DNA of 41,922 bases from a virus. The notes under the pieces are model-generated. The model had not been told where the DNA came from and searched no databases. It saw only the letters and a list, made by a program, of their open reading frames with translations. Both the position numbers and the translations under genes were made by a program. The stretch lies in the IMG/VR virus record IMGVR_UViG_3300029543_000007; one strand, given 5' to 3'. Shown piece after piece: positions 31,899 through 41,893 of the stretch; the first letter of the stretch is position 1; each line of letters starts with the position of its first letter.

Positions 31899-32777
31899 TT
31901 GAATGAAGAAAAAAACTACATATTGGCAGAATCCGATTACGTGGCCGGAATGAAGTATAAAGACATTGCTGCCAAGTATGGAGTCTCGATAAATACTGTG
32001 AAATCGTGGAAGAAACGATACGCATGGTCGAGGAACAAAAAGACAGGATGCATCCAAAAGGGGTGCACACAAAATAAAAAGGGTGCACACAAAAAAGAAG
32101 CCGTTGCAGAGGATGTAAGTCAAGTTGTAATTAACGATGAACTTACCGATCAGCAGCAGCTTTTTTGTTTGTATCAATCTAGGATGTTTAATTATACGAA
32201 AGCATACATGAAAGCTTATCCAGGATGTACTTATGCATCTGCTGCCGTATTAGGAAGCAGGCTTATGAAGAATCCAGTGATCAGAAAAGAGATTGAACAG
32301 CTAAAGCAGAATCATATGAACAGGGAACTGCTAAAACAGGAAGATATCTTTCAAAAGTACATGGATATTGCGTTTGCAGATGTGACAGATTATGTATCGT
32401 TTGGGCGAGAAAATATTCAAGTCATGGGCGCTTTTGGTCCAGTAATGGTAGAAAACAAAGAAACTGGAGAGAAGGAAGTTCTCGAAAAAGAAGTCAATAC
32501 TGTGAAATTCAAACAATCTGAAGATGTTGATGGAACGCTGATCACGGAAGTGAAGCAAGGAAAAGACGGAGCGAGCATTAAGCTGGTTGATAAGATGAAA
32601 GCTTTGCAATGGCTTGCAGACCATATGGATATTGCTACAGCTGAACAGAAAGCTAAGATCGAACAGATTAGAGCTAAGACAGCGATCATGTCCGGAACAT
32701 CCGAAGAAGAGACAGAAGACGATGGATTCATCGAAGCCTTAAAAGGTGAGGTGGCAGATGTATGGGAAGAAGAATAA
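31899..32777 (+). CDS. terS: Terminase small subunit
   Basis: HTH MKYKDIAAKYGVSINTVKSWKKRYAW plus a Terminase_2-like LTDQQQLFCLYQ...; TTG start after GAAGGTGG. Confidence 0.8.
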   Translation: MNEEKNYILAESDYVAGMKYKDIAAKYGVSINTVKSWKKRYAWSRNKKTGCIQKGCTQNKKGAHKKEAVAEDVSQVVINDELTDQQQLFCLYQSRMFNYTKAYMKAYPGCTYASAAVLGSRLMKNPVIRKEIEQLKQNHMNRELLKQEDIFQKYMDIAFADVTDYVSFGRENIQVMGAFGPVMVENKETGEKEVLEKEVNTVKFKQSEDVDGTLITEVKQGKDGASIKLVDKMKALQWLADHMDIATAEQKAKIEQIRAKTAIMSGTSEEETEDDGFIEALKGEVADVWEEE

Positions 32778-34027
32778 AGAAAGCTGTCTTTAAGTTTCGG
32801 CCGTTCTCTAAGAAGCAGAAAAAGATACTTACCTGGTGGCTACCAAATTCGCCAGTGCATGATCAAGATGGAATCATAGCAGATGGAGCAATCCGATCGG
32901 GAAAAACTATTTCTATGTGCTTATCTTTTGCAATGTGGGCAATGGAAACCTTCAACGGACAGAACTTTGGTATGTGTGGGAAAACGATCGGTTCTTTCCG
33001 GAGAAACGTACTCTTTTGGTTAAAGCTTATGCTTAAGAGTCGAGGGTATCACGTTGAAGATCATAGAGCTGATAACTTAGTTGTTATCCGGAGAGGTGGC
33101 AAAGAAAATTATTTTTACATCTTTGGCGGTAAGGATGAGCGATCCCAGGATTTGATACAGGGTATCACACTTGCAGGAGTCTTTTTTGATGAAGTTGCAT
33201 TGATGCCTGAATCTTTTGTTAATCAGGCAACAGGACGTTGTTCTGTTGATGGATCAAAATATTGGTTCAACTGTAACCCAGATGGGCCGTATCACTGGTT
33301 TAAAACTAACTGGATTGATCGTGCAGATGAAAAGAAACTTGTCTATCTACACTTTACGATGGACGACAATTTAAGCTTATCTGAGCGAATTAAAGCACGA
33401 TATCGAGCAATGTATACCGGAGTGTTTTATAAGCGTTATATCTTAGGTCTGTGGGCCGTAGCTGAGGGAATTATTTACGACATGTTTAATATAGAAAAGC
33501 ATGTCACATCAGAAAAGCAGTCAACAACCGGCAGTAAATACGTCAGTGTCGATTATGGTACACAGAATGCGACAGTATATCTTTTATGGGAGAAGAACCA
33601 GAAAGGTCAGTGTGTTGCTACGAAAGAATATTACTATTCTGGCCGAGATGAGACTACGCAGAAGACAGATGGAGAATATGCGGATGACATGGAAGAGTTC
33701 CTGAAAGGAATCAATGTTGAATCAATCATTGTCGATCCGGCAGCCGCATCCTTTATCGCAGAACTTAAGAAACGAGGATTTAAGGTTAAGAAAGCAAAGA
33801 ATGATGTACTTGATGGTATTCGATTTGTCGGAAATCTGTTAAATCTAAGTGTATTACAGTTCTCTGAATGTTGTAAAGAAACAATCAAAGAGTTCGGTTC
33901 TTATATCTGGGATGACAAGGCATTGGAACGTGGAGAAGATAAACCAGTGAAGCAGCATGATCATTGTATGGATGCAGTGAGATATTTTGCTTACACGATC
34001 GTAAGACGTGAACGAAAATGGAGTTGA
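32762..34027 (+). CDS. terL: Terminase large subunit (PBSX-type)
   Basis: Walker A GAIRSGKT, Walker B VFFDEV, C-terminal nuclease HDHCMDAVRY. Confidence 0.9.
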   Translation: MGRRIKKAVFKFRPFSKKQKKILTWWLPNSPVHDQDGIIADGAIRSGKTISMCLSFAMWAMETFNGQNFGMCGKTIGSFRRNVLFWLKLMLKSRGYHVEDHRADNLVVIRRGGKENYFYIFGGKDERSQDLIQGITLAGVFFDEVALMPESFVNQATGRCSVDGSKYWFNCNPDGPYHWFKTNWIDRADEKKLVYLHFTMDDNLSLSERIKARYRAMYTGVFYKRYILGLWAVAEGIIYDMFNIEKHVTSEKQSTTGSKYVSVDYGTQNATVYLLWEKNQKGQCVATKEYYYSGRDETTQKTDGEYADDMEEFLKGINVESIIVDPAAASFIAELKKRGFKVKKAKNDVLDGIRFVGNLLNLSVLQFSECCKETIKEFGSYIWDDKALERGEDKPVKQHDHCMDAVRYFAYTIVRRERKWS

Positions 34028-34031
34028 TTAA

Positions 34032-35423
34032 ATGATAAAAGAAATTATTGAGCGAATAAGGCAGGTGATAAGAAAAATGCTTGGAAAAGAAAATATCAGG
34101 GATGCGATCGGAGTTGATGTTGCCGTATCGGATAAGATGGCAAGAGAAATTGATCTCTGGTCGAAGATGTATAAAAATCAACCGCCTTGGAAAAGAAAAG
34201 AGCTGAAGCTTTGTGGGTTACCTGCAGCTATTGCTGGAGAATTTGCAAGGCTTGTTACACTGGAATTAAAAACAGAGATTACAGGGAATAAGTTTCTCAA
34301 TGATGAATACCAAACTGTGACTGATAACATACGAACGTATGCGGAATATGCCTGTGCAAAAGGTGGACTTGCAATGAAACCTTATGTATCTGATGGGCAT
34401 ATAGAAGTTGACATGGTTCAAGCTGATCACTTTTTCCCAACAAAATTTAATTCCAGAGGGGAAGTTATCGCAGCGGTCTTTATGGAAACTGTAACGATCG
34501 GGAAACAGGTATATACAAGATTGGAATACCATCAGCATGATGAGAACACTACATATCACATTATGAATAAGGCTTTTGTAAGACAGGATCTTGATAATGT
34601 TGAGGTATTGGGAAAAGAAGTACCGCTTAGTGCTGTACCAGAGTGGGCAAATCTGGAAGAAGCTGTCACGATCTTAAACGTGAAAAAGCCGTTATTCGCA
34701 TACTTCAAGATACCAAATGCAAATAATGTCGATGATTCATCTCCGTTGGGAGTATCTGTGTATTCCAGAGCAATCGATGATATCAAAGAAGCTGATTATC
34801 AATGGACGAGAATCTTATGGGAATATGAGGGATCTGAACTGGCAATCGATGCAGACATTGGGCTATTTAAACGTAAAGAAAACGGAGAATTTGATCTTCC
34901 AAAAGGAAAAGAAAGACTCTTTCGGATGATGGACTTTGACGAAGATCACGACCAGTATAAAGTGTTTGCACCGCCAATCCGTGACGAAAGTCTTATCAAT
35001 GGATTCAATACAATTCTTCGCAGGATTGAGTTTAACGTAGGTCTCGCCTATGGAACATTAAGTGATCCAAACACAGTCGATAAGACTGCAGAAGAAATTA
35101 AGGCAAGTAAACAGCGATCATACAGCACTGTATCTGATATTCAGAAAGCTCTGCAAAAAGCATTAGAGCAGTTAGTTTATGCAATGGATGTGATCGCACA
35201 ACTTGCCAATCTGAATGGCGGAAAGAAATACGAGATTAGTTTTGATTGGGATGACTCCATTGTGATAGACAAAGAACAGGAACTGCAGAGTATGCAGCAG
35301 GATGCAACAGCAGGACTGATCCGGAAAGAAATATACATTGCGGCAAAGTATGGAGTATCTGAAGAAGAGGCGTTGAAAATGATGCCGGCACAGGATGATC
35401 GCTTCAATATCCAGGAAGAGTAG
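34032..35423 (+). CDS. Portal protein (SPP1 gp6-like)
   Basis: 463 aa, directly after terL. Confidence 0.85.
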   Translation: MIKEIIERIRQVIRKMLGKENIRDAIGVDVAVSDKMAREIDLWSKMYKNQPPWKRKELKLCGLPAAIAGEFARLVTLELKTEITGNKFLNDEYQTVTDNIRTYAEYACAKGGLAMKPYVSDGHIEVDMVQADHFFPTKFNSRGEVIAAVFMETVTIGKQVYTRLEYHQHDENTTYHIMNKAFVRQDLDNVEVLGKEVPLSAVPEWANLEEAVTILNVKKPLFAYFKIPNANNVDDSSPLGVSVYSRAIDDIKEADYQWTRILWEYEGSELAIDADIGLFKRKENGEFDLPKGKERLFRMMDFDEDHDQYKVFAPPIRDESLINGFNTILRRIEFNVGLAYGTLSDPNTVDKTAEEIKASKQRSYSTVSDIQKALQKALEQLVYAMDVIAQLANLNGGKKYEISFDWDDSIVIDKEQELQSMQQDATAGLIRKEIYIAAKYGVSEEEALKMMPAQDDRFNIQEE

Positions 35424-35433
35424 GTGATCATAG

Positions 35434-37197
35434 ATGCTTGATCCGAAGTATTTGGAACGCTTCTCTGATCAGTTACTTGGCATTATTGACACTCTGACAA
35501 TAGCGATCATATCTGATATGGCAAAAAGAATCGTAAAGATGGGAAATGTATCAGAGTCAACAAAACATCAGGCTGAAGTTTTACAGAATGCAGGTCTTGT
35601 TTATAAAGATACGATCAAGCGAGTAAGTCAGGTATCTGGATATCAAAAGCATGAAGTTCAGAGAATGTATGAAGAAGCAGGTGTTAGGAATTTAAAGAAT
35701 GAGGCTGTATATTACAAACAGGCAGGCAAAGAAGATATTAAGTTAAATCAGTCCAATGGAATGCAGAGAATCTTGCAAGCAAATATCAGAAAAACATGCC
35801 AGGAACTTGATAATCTCACGATGACAACCGCAGTAAGATCACAGTCAGCTTACATACAAGCTTGTAATAGAGCACAGATGAAAGTTAGTTCTGGAGCATT
35901 CAGTTATGACAAAGCGATTGCGGATGCAATCAAAGAGGCAGCAGTGCAAGGAACAGAAGTTTTATATCCATCACAGCATATTGATAAATTAGATGTCGCA
36001 GTACGAAGAGCAGTGCTTACAGGGGTCAATCAGACGGCAGCAGAAATTAATTTGCAATACGCAGCAGATCAAGACTGTGATTATGTTGAAACAACTGCAC
36101 ATGAAGGAGCAAGACCAGAACATGCCGTATGGCAAGGGAAGGTCTTTTGTTTATCTGGGACTGATCCGAAGTATGAAAACTTCTATGAAGCGACAGGATA
36201 TGGAACAGGGCCAGGTTTATGTGGTTGGAATTGCCGACATAACTTTCATGCGTGTTTTCCTGGAATATCAACACCATCTTATACACAAGAGATGTTGGAT
36301 GATTATTCTGCAAAGAATGTAGAATACAACGGAAAGCAATTTACTGAATATGAAGCAAGTCAAATGCAGAGAGGGCATGAACGACAGATCAGAGAGACAA
36401 AGAGAAAACTTGCTGGATATAATTCAGCGATCAATGAAGCGAAAGATGATACCTTAAAAAATACTTTACAGAATCGGTTTAATGAAGAATCTGTGAGATT
36501 AAAGAAACAGGAAGCAGCATTAAAAGCTTTCTGCAAAGAAACAGGAAGGCGATATGAGTCTGCCAGAGCTCAGATCCATGCGGTGAAGAACAAAGCAGGA
36601 GATATCGTTGGATTCAATCGGAGCGTTGCACAGAAGGCTGTATGGCAAGATCGAAAGAATACCTTTAAGAATCAAATGTCTAAACAGTTAGAGAAACTGA
36701 CGAACGAAGAAAAGAAAGCGATCTGGCGATATACTGGTAATGCAGCAAACCGAGTGAACAGTGCAATATATTCTGGAAAACAGCAAAGAATTGATCAGGA
36801 AAAAGGATTTATGGACCTGTTGGATTCTGCATTAAGTAAAGGTACTGTAGAACACAAAATGGTAGTTCATCGTGATACGATTCCAGAATATTTAAATGCA
36901 TTTCCAAAAGGTTTTCAATATTCCGAAGAGGATATAAAAAGAATGAATGGAATGACCTTAACGAATAAAGGTTATACATCTACATCTTTTCATGACATAA
37001 TGTATCAGGGTAGAAATGTTCATCTTGAAATTGAGATCCCTAAAGGGTATAAAGGCTGTTTATATATAAAAGATGTCGCAACTGAAAAATACAAAAATCA
37101 AGAAGAAGTGTTGTTTAAACGAGGCTTTCAGTATAAAATAAAAAGTGTAAATAAAGAAAAGGACAGATACTATATCAAAGCGGAGGCTGTTTTATGA
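35434..37197 (+). CDS. MuF/SPP1 gp7-family head morphogenesis protein fused to a C-terminal ADP-ribosyltransferase toxin domain
   Basis: MuF core HEGARPEHAVWQGKVF and GWNCRHNF. ART R-S-E triad candidates VVHRD, GYTSTSF and NQEEVLF (QxE). Confidence 0.8.
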   Translation: MLDPKYLERFSDQLLGIIDTLTIAIISDMAKRIVKMGNVSESTKHQAEVLQNAGLVYKDTIKRVSQVSGYQKHEVQRMYEEAGVRNLKNEAVYYKQAGKEDIKLNQSNGMQRILQANIRKTCQELDNLTMTTAVRSQSAYIQACNRAQMKVSSGAFSYDKAIADAIKEAAVQGTEVLYPSQHIDKLDVAVRRAVLTGVNQTAAEINLQYAADQDCDYVETTAHEGARPEHAVWQGKVFCLSGTDPKYENFYEATGYGTGPGLCGWNCRHNFHACFPGISTPSYTQEMLDDYSAKNVEYNGKQFTEYEASQMQRGHERQIRETKRKLAGYNSAINEAKDDTLKNTLQNRFNEESVRLKKQEAALKAFCKETGRRYESARAQIHAVKNKAGDIVGFNRSVAQKAVWQDRKNTFKNQMSKQLEKLTNEEKKAIWRYTGNAANRVNSAIYSGKQQRIDQEKGFMDLLDSALSKGTVEHKMVVHRDTIPEYLNAFPKGFQYSEEDIKRMNGMTLTNKGYTSTSFHDIMYQGRNVHLEIEIPKGYKGCLYIKDVATEKYKNQEEVLFKRGFQYKIKSVNKEKDRYYIKAEAVL

Positions 37198-37499
37198 GTG
37201 GAATAGGATATTATTATGATGAAAATGGTGTGAAACAAGAAATAGAAATAGGTCCGAGTTTTGATGACTTTCCTGGAATGGCAAAAGTGACAAGTCCTAT
37301 ACCAATATGCCATGCATGCAGAAAAGCAGATTTTGATGAAAAAGGTTATGAAACTTTATGCAAAGTATACGGGAAGATACCAAACAAACACTTAAAGGCC
37401 AAAGATTATAACTGCCCATATTTTGATAACGAAAACAATGGATGGTATCAGTTGATAAAAGATAAAGTAGAAAAAGCGAAAGGTGAGAACAATGGATAA
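37194..37499 (+). CDS. Cys-rich 101-aa protein (possible immunity partner of the ART domain)
   Basis: ATGA overlap with the toxin gene; CHAC...C...C pattern. Confidence 0.5.
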   Translation: MSGIGYYYDENGVKQEIEIGPSFDDFPGMAKVTSPIPICHACRKADFDEKGYETLCKVYGKIPNKHLKAKDYNCPYFDNENNGWYQLIKDKVEKAKGENNG

Positions 37500-37812
37500 C
37501 TTTAAAGCTGTATATAAAATCTTATCAGCATTGGAAAAAGCAATGGATTATCCAGAATTTGATATCAACGATGTTGGGCCGGAAGCCTTAGGGGTTTCCA
37601 AAGAACGCTGGGCACGATATATAGAGATGATGGTTGATGTCGGATATATCAAGGGTGTAAGTATGAAACGTGATATCACAGGAGCAACAAGGATCAATGC
37701 AAGTGATGTTAGAATTACATTAAAAGGTCTTGAGTATTTACAGGAAAATTCAATGATGAAAAAAGTATATAATGCCGTGAAAGGAATCAAGGATATAACG
37801 CCAGGTCTATAA
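37492..37812 (+). CDS. YjcQ-family winged-helix protein
   Basis: MDNFKAVYKILSALEKAMD...YIEMMVDVGYIKGV. Confidence 0.6.
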   Translation: MDNFKAVYKILSALEKAMDYPEFDINDVGPEALGVSKERWARYIEMMVDVGYIKGVSMKRDITGATRINASDVRITLKGLEYLQENSMMKKVYNAVKGIKDITPGL

Positions 37813-37817
37813 ATATG

Positions 37818-37848
37818 TACCATCTGATCAATATCAGGTGGTATTTTT
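37818..37848 (+). terminator. Rho-independent terminator
   Basis: TACCATCTGAT-caat-ATCAGGTGGTA followed by TTTTT. Confidence 0.7.
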
Positions 37849-38080
37849 ATACGAAATTTTAAGAAAGGAGCAGTGCAGCATGAAGTCAACAGAATAGAAA
37901 GGACGGTGATCCAAATATCTCCCGGCAGCAGGGTTAAGCTGCAGAAGACACGCAGAGAGATCTGGGTGTTATTTTTATGCAAAGAAACAACATTGGTCAG
38001 CTGATCAGACCTTAAACAGTCGGTTCGTGGCGGTCGGTTACACGCCTAAAACAACCTAATACGAAAGGAGAACGAGCAAC

Positions 38081-38677
38081 ATGAAAACAGATTTTTTAAA
38101 AGGTTTAAATCTTTCCCAGGAAGTGATCGATAAGATCATGGCTGAAAACGGAAAAGATATCGCTGCAGAACAGAAAAAAGCAGAGAAAATCACTCAGGAG
38201 CGAGACAGTTATAAGCTAAAAGCAGAAAGTCTTGAAACTCAGGTAAACGATGCAAATGCAGAGATTCAGAAGTTTAAAGACATGGACATTGACGGCATCA
38301 AGCAGGCGGCAGATGATTGGAAAACAAAAGCTGAGAAAGCAAAGAGTGATGCAGATGCACAGATCTCAGAAATGAAATTTGATTATGCATTAACTGCAGC
38401 ATTGACAGGAGCGAAAGCTAGAAACAGCAAAGCGGTCAAAGCGTTACTTGATATGGATGGACTGAAACTAAACGATGGAAAAATTATCGGTTTAGACGAA
38501 CAGCTGTCACAGATCAAGGAAGAAAACGGCTTTTTGTTCGAAAGTGATGAACCTGCACCAACGATCGTTAAAGGAACAAATGGTGGTTCTGGCGGTATTG
38601 GTGGAAAGAAACCAAGTGAAATGACATATTCGGAACTCTGTGACTATATGGAACAGAATCCCGGAGCAGAGATTTAA
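38081..38677 (+). CDS. Scaffolding protein (GP20-like)
   Basis: Coiled-coil, acidic, 198 aa, directly before the capsid gene. Confidence 0.75.
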   Translation: MKTDFLKGLNLSQEVIDKIMAENGKDIAAEQKKAEKITQERDSYKLKAESLETQVNDANAEIQKFKDMDIDGIKQAADDWKTKAEKAKSDADAQISEMKFDYALTAALTGAKARNSKAVKALLDMDGLKLNDGKIIGLDEQLSQIKEENGFLFESDEPAPTIVKGTNGGSGGIGGKKPSEMTYSELCDYMEQNPGAEI

Positions 38678-38692
38678 ATAAAGGAGTAAAAA

Positions 38693-39820
38693 ATGGCAGG
38701 AGAAAAATTTGATTCTAAATCATTCAATCCTCAGGCATTCGGTGCCTACACAGAGAGGATTCCAAATTTAAAAAAGAACGAGCTGATCAAGTCCAGAGCC
38801 TTAAAAGGTAATCAGGATATTAAAAATACGTTCAGTTCTCAGACAGGAACATCATATGCAACTTTACCAATGCATGGTTTAATTGGTGGAACTGCACAGA
38901 ATTATGATGGCGAGACCGATCTTACATCGGACAGCACAGATACATTCGAAAGAGGTGTTGTTGTAGTTGGACGTATGAAAGGATGGACAGAACGAGACTT
39001 TTCCGAAGACATTACAGGCGGTGTAAGCTTTATGGATAATGTTGCAGCACAGGTGAATGACTATAAAGCCGATCTTGACCAGTTGACCATTGTGAAAGAA
39101 CTGGAAGGTATCTTTGCAATGACAGGAAAAGAAAACAAGACTTTCGTGGATAATCATACTTCTGATATTACAGAAGTTACTGCAACAGATAAGGATGGGA
39201 ATGTTAAAAATGTTGTACAGGCAGATACTTTAAATACAGCTTTACAGAGAGCATCAGGGGATAATAAATCCAAATTCACAATTGCGATCATGCACAGTGC
39301 AGTTGCAACAAATCTTGAAAATTTGAAGCTGTTAAAATATATGACTCAGACTGATTCAAATGGTATTGAACGACAGTTAACACTTGCAACATGGAATGGC
39401 CGTTTAGTTCTGATCGATGACTCTATGCCAACGGAAGAAGTTGCTGCAGTAGAAGAAAGCGGAACAAAAGGAGAGTCTGGTTATGTTGCGGCACAGGAAG
39501 CTTATACGAAATATACAACCTTCGCATTAGGAGATGGAGCATTTGATTACGAAGACATTGGTGCAAAAGTCCCATATGAAATGTATCGTAATCCAATGAA
39601 AAATGGTGGGGAGGATACATTGTTTATGAGACAGAGAAAAGTATTTGCCCCATATGGAATTTCTTATACAAAGAAAAAACAGGCTACAAATTCGCCAACA
39701 GACGCAGAACTTGCAGATGGATCTAACTGGGAACTTGTCAACAACGGAAAAACTGGTCAAGATAAGAAAGTAATCGATCATAAAGCAATTCCAATTGCAA
39801 GAATCATTTCCAGAGGGTAG
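38693..39820 (+). CDS. Major capsid protein
   Basis: 375 aa, follows the scaffold gene, strong RBS AAAGGAG. Confidence 0.82.
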   Translation: MAGEKFDSKSFNPQAFGAYTERIPNLKKNELIKSRALKGNQDIKNTFSSQTGTSYATLPMHGLIGGTAQNYDGETDLTSDSTDTFERGVVVVGRMKGWTERDFSEDITGGVSFMDNVAAQVNDYKADLDQLTIVKELEGIFAMTGKENKTFVDNHTSDITEVTATDKDGNVKNVVQADTLNTALQRASGDNKSKFTIAIMHSAVATNLENLKLLKYMTQTDSNGIERQLTLATWNGRLVLIDDSMPTEEVAAVEESGTKGESGYVAAQEAYTKYTTFALGDGAFDYEDIGAKVPYEMYRNPMKNGGEDTLFMRQRKVFAPYGISYTKKKQATNSPTDAELADGSNWELVNNGKTGQDKKVIDHKAIPIARIISRG

Positions 39821-39833
39821 GCGGTGATCCGGT

Positions 39834-40241
39834 ATGGTGGAATATGCAGACAGGGATTTTTATAAAAATACATTTCATGGCGAGATCATACCGGAGAAAG
39901 CTTTCCCTAGTATGGTCTTAAAGGCGAGTATCTTTGTGAAGTTTCTTACATTTTCCAGAGTCGATGATATGACAGAAATTCCAGAAGAAGTAAGCTTGGC
40001 CACATGTGCAGTGGCAGATGTAATGTATCAGGATAGAATGAGAAAAGATGATGCAGGAAGGGAGATCGCAAGTGAGAACAACGATGGATACAGTGTAAGT
40101 TTTGTGACGAGTCAGAGCAAAACAACAGGAACAGTAGAGCATCGTTGTAAGAAAGCGGCGTATCCTTATCTTGCACATACAGGACTCTTGTACAGGGGGT
40201 GCGGGCCATATGATGACAAATGCAGACCTCACGATCTATAA
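39834..40241 (+). CDS. Head-tail connector (gp6-like)
   Basis: Position and size. Confidence 0.55.
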   Translation: MVEYADRDFYKNTFHGEIIPEKAFPSMVLKASIFVKFLTFSRVDDMTEIPEEVSLATCAVADVMYQDRMRKDDAGREIASENNDGYSVSFVTSQSKTTGTVEHRCKKAAYPYLAHTGLLYRGCGPYDDKCRPHDL

Positions 40242-40620
40242 CAAGCGTGGTGTAAATAAAAAGACAGCACGGACTGTTTACTTAAAGACTCATATCAGAG
40301 GTGTTAGTTTCTACACAAAACAGGTAACAAACGTATCTGATCAGGGCCTTAAATCTGCTGATCTGTATCAGATTCGCATCCCATTATCAGCCGATACACA
40401 AGGAAAGCAATATATCGATGCAGACAAGTATCGGGAATTATCTGCAGAAGAAGCAGAAAAGTATTGGACAATCAACAACGGGGATCTGTTTGGAAAAGGA
40501 TTGTTAGATGATTTTGAGAAAGAATCAGAATTTTTAAAACAGCAGTACACAGGAAAGATATTGTCTTTTTCTGATAACCGAAGAGGAAACTTGCAGCATT
40601 GGAAGATCGGAGGTGCTTAA
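40210..40620 (+). CDS. Head-tail joining / minor capsid family protein
   Basis: ATG 40210 after AGGGGG; overlaps the previous gene. Confidence 0.5.
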   Translation: MMTNADLTIYNKRGVNKKTARTVYLKTHIRGVSFYTKQVTNVSDQGLKSADLYQIRIPLSADTQGKQYIDADKYRELSAEEAEKYWTINNGDLFGKGLLDDFEKESEFLKQQYTGKILSFSDNRRGNLQHWKIGGA

Positions 40621-40621
40621 G

Positions 40622-40951
40622 ATGGCAACTAGAGTGAAGATAGAACTTTCACCAAGTCAGATTTTGGTCACACGAGGATTACGGACGAATGGACCAGCAC
40701 AAAGATTCTTTACAGGAGAACTACGAAGGAAGATGGATCCTTATGTTCCGTTTTTAAATGGTCCATTAAAAAACACAGCAATCGAGAATGAAGATTCTGT
40801 TCAGTACATAACACCTTATGCTCAAAGGCAGTATCACGAAAATAAAGGAAAAGGATTGCGTGGAAAAGAATGGGATAAGCGGTGTTGGGCAGATAACGGA
40901 GATCAGATCGTTCAGTCTGTTGCAGATTATGTAGGAGGAAAAGCCGAATGA
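40622..40951 (+). CDS. Head-tail joining / minor capsid family protein
   Basis: GGAGG lies 8 nt before ATG 40622. Confidence 0.5.
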   Translation: MATRVKIELSPSQILVTRGLRTNGPAQRFFTGELRRKMDPYVPFLNGPLKNTAIENEDSVQYITPYAQRQYHENKGKGLRGKEWDKRCWADNGDQIVQSVADYVGGKAE

Positions 40952-41385
40952 GTGTGATCGCAAGTGTAAGAGCCTTTATTCAGGATTATCCAGGACTATC
41001 AACATTTGATGATCTAGTTGGAGTTGAACATCTTCCAGAGGATACGAAAAGCTATGCGGTCGAGGCATCTGTTACATCCCAACCGATTAAAAAAAGATAT
41101 ATCAACGGCGATACAGAACGTTGTTTTAATTTTGTTCTGGCAAGCCGTGAATACTTCGGTGCAGATGTGGCAGAAAATATTGACATAGCGGAGTTTTATG
41201 AAGAATTTTCAGATTGGTTAGAACGATGCACGATCAATCAAGAACTTCCGGAAATGGATAAAGGAAAAAGAGCAATTAAAATACAGGCACTGACAAATGG
41301 TTATGTGTATAACGCAGATGCAACAAAAGCACAGTACCAGATTCAGTGCCAATTAATTTATTATCAAAAATTAGGAGGAATATAA
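40948..41385 (+). CDS. Tail terminator / minor capsid family protein
   Basis: ATGA overlap; last gene before the major tail protein. Confidence 0.5.
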   Translation: MSVIASVRAFIQDYPGLSTFDDLVGVEHLPEDTKSYAVEASVTSQPIKKRYINGDTERCFNFVLASREYFGADVAENIDIAEFYEEFSDWLERCTINQELPEMDKGKRAIKIQALTNGYVYNADATKAQYQIQCQLIYYQKLGGI

Positions 41386-41386
41386 C

Positions 41387-41893
41387 ATGTCAGAAACAGC
41401 AAGTAAGACAGTAAAACAGCGTTACCAGGAAGCCTCTTACTTAAAAGTAGGAGAAAACTTCGAACTTATGGGAACAGGTTTTACAGAATTAAATGAAGAT
41501 CCAGGAGCACAGACAACAAGTAAAAAATATATCAATGATAAATCATCCACATCAAGCATTACAAGTTATGAAGGTGAGCACGGATTTACAGCCGATCAGA
41601 TTCCAAGTGAAAAGGTCATTAAAGATCTGGTCAGTATTGGTAAAGAGAGAAAAACAGGAGCAGATGCAGAACGTGAATTTGTTCGCGTTGATCTGGATGA
41701 AAAAGCAGATGGAGATACAACTGGAACAGTATTCAAAGCACGTATGTTTACTGTAGCTGCTGAAATTTCAAGTTTCTCTGATAATGACGGAGAATTACAG
41801 GTTGAGGGAACACTTCACGACAAAGGAGATCCTGTTATGGGTAAATTTGATACAAAGGCAAAGACATTTACACCGGATTCAGCAACGGAGTAA
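41387..41893 (+). CDS. Major tail protein
   Basis: 168 aa, RBS AGGAGGAA, lies upstream of the chaperone and tape-measure genes once the circle is closed. Confidence 0.75.
   Translation: MSETASKTVKQRYQEASYLKVGENFELMGTGFTELNEDPGAQTTSKKYINDKSSTSSITSYEGEHGFTADQIPSEKVIKDLVSIGKERKTGADAEREFVRVDLDEKADGDTTGTVFKARMFTVAAEISSFSDNDGELQVEGTLHDKGDPVMGKFDTKAKTFTPDSATE

Noticed and set aside
32056-32095. Direct repeat GGTGCACACAAAA x2 in terS
   Set aside because: This is a short in-frame duplication (KGCTQNKKGAHKK) in a linker region, with no evidence of function.
31806-32177. Minus-strand ORF of 123 aa overlapping the tRNA and terS
   Set aside because: It is antisense to a tRNA and to a motif-supported terS gene, so it is spurious.
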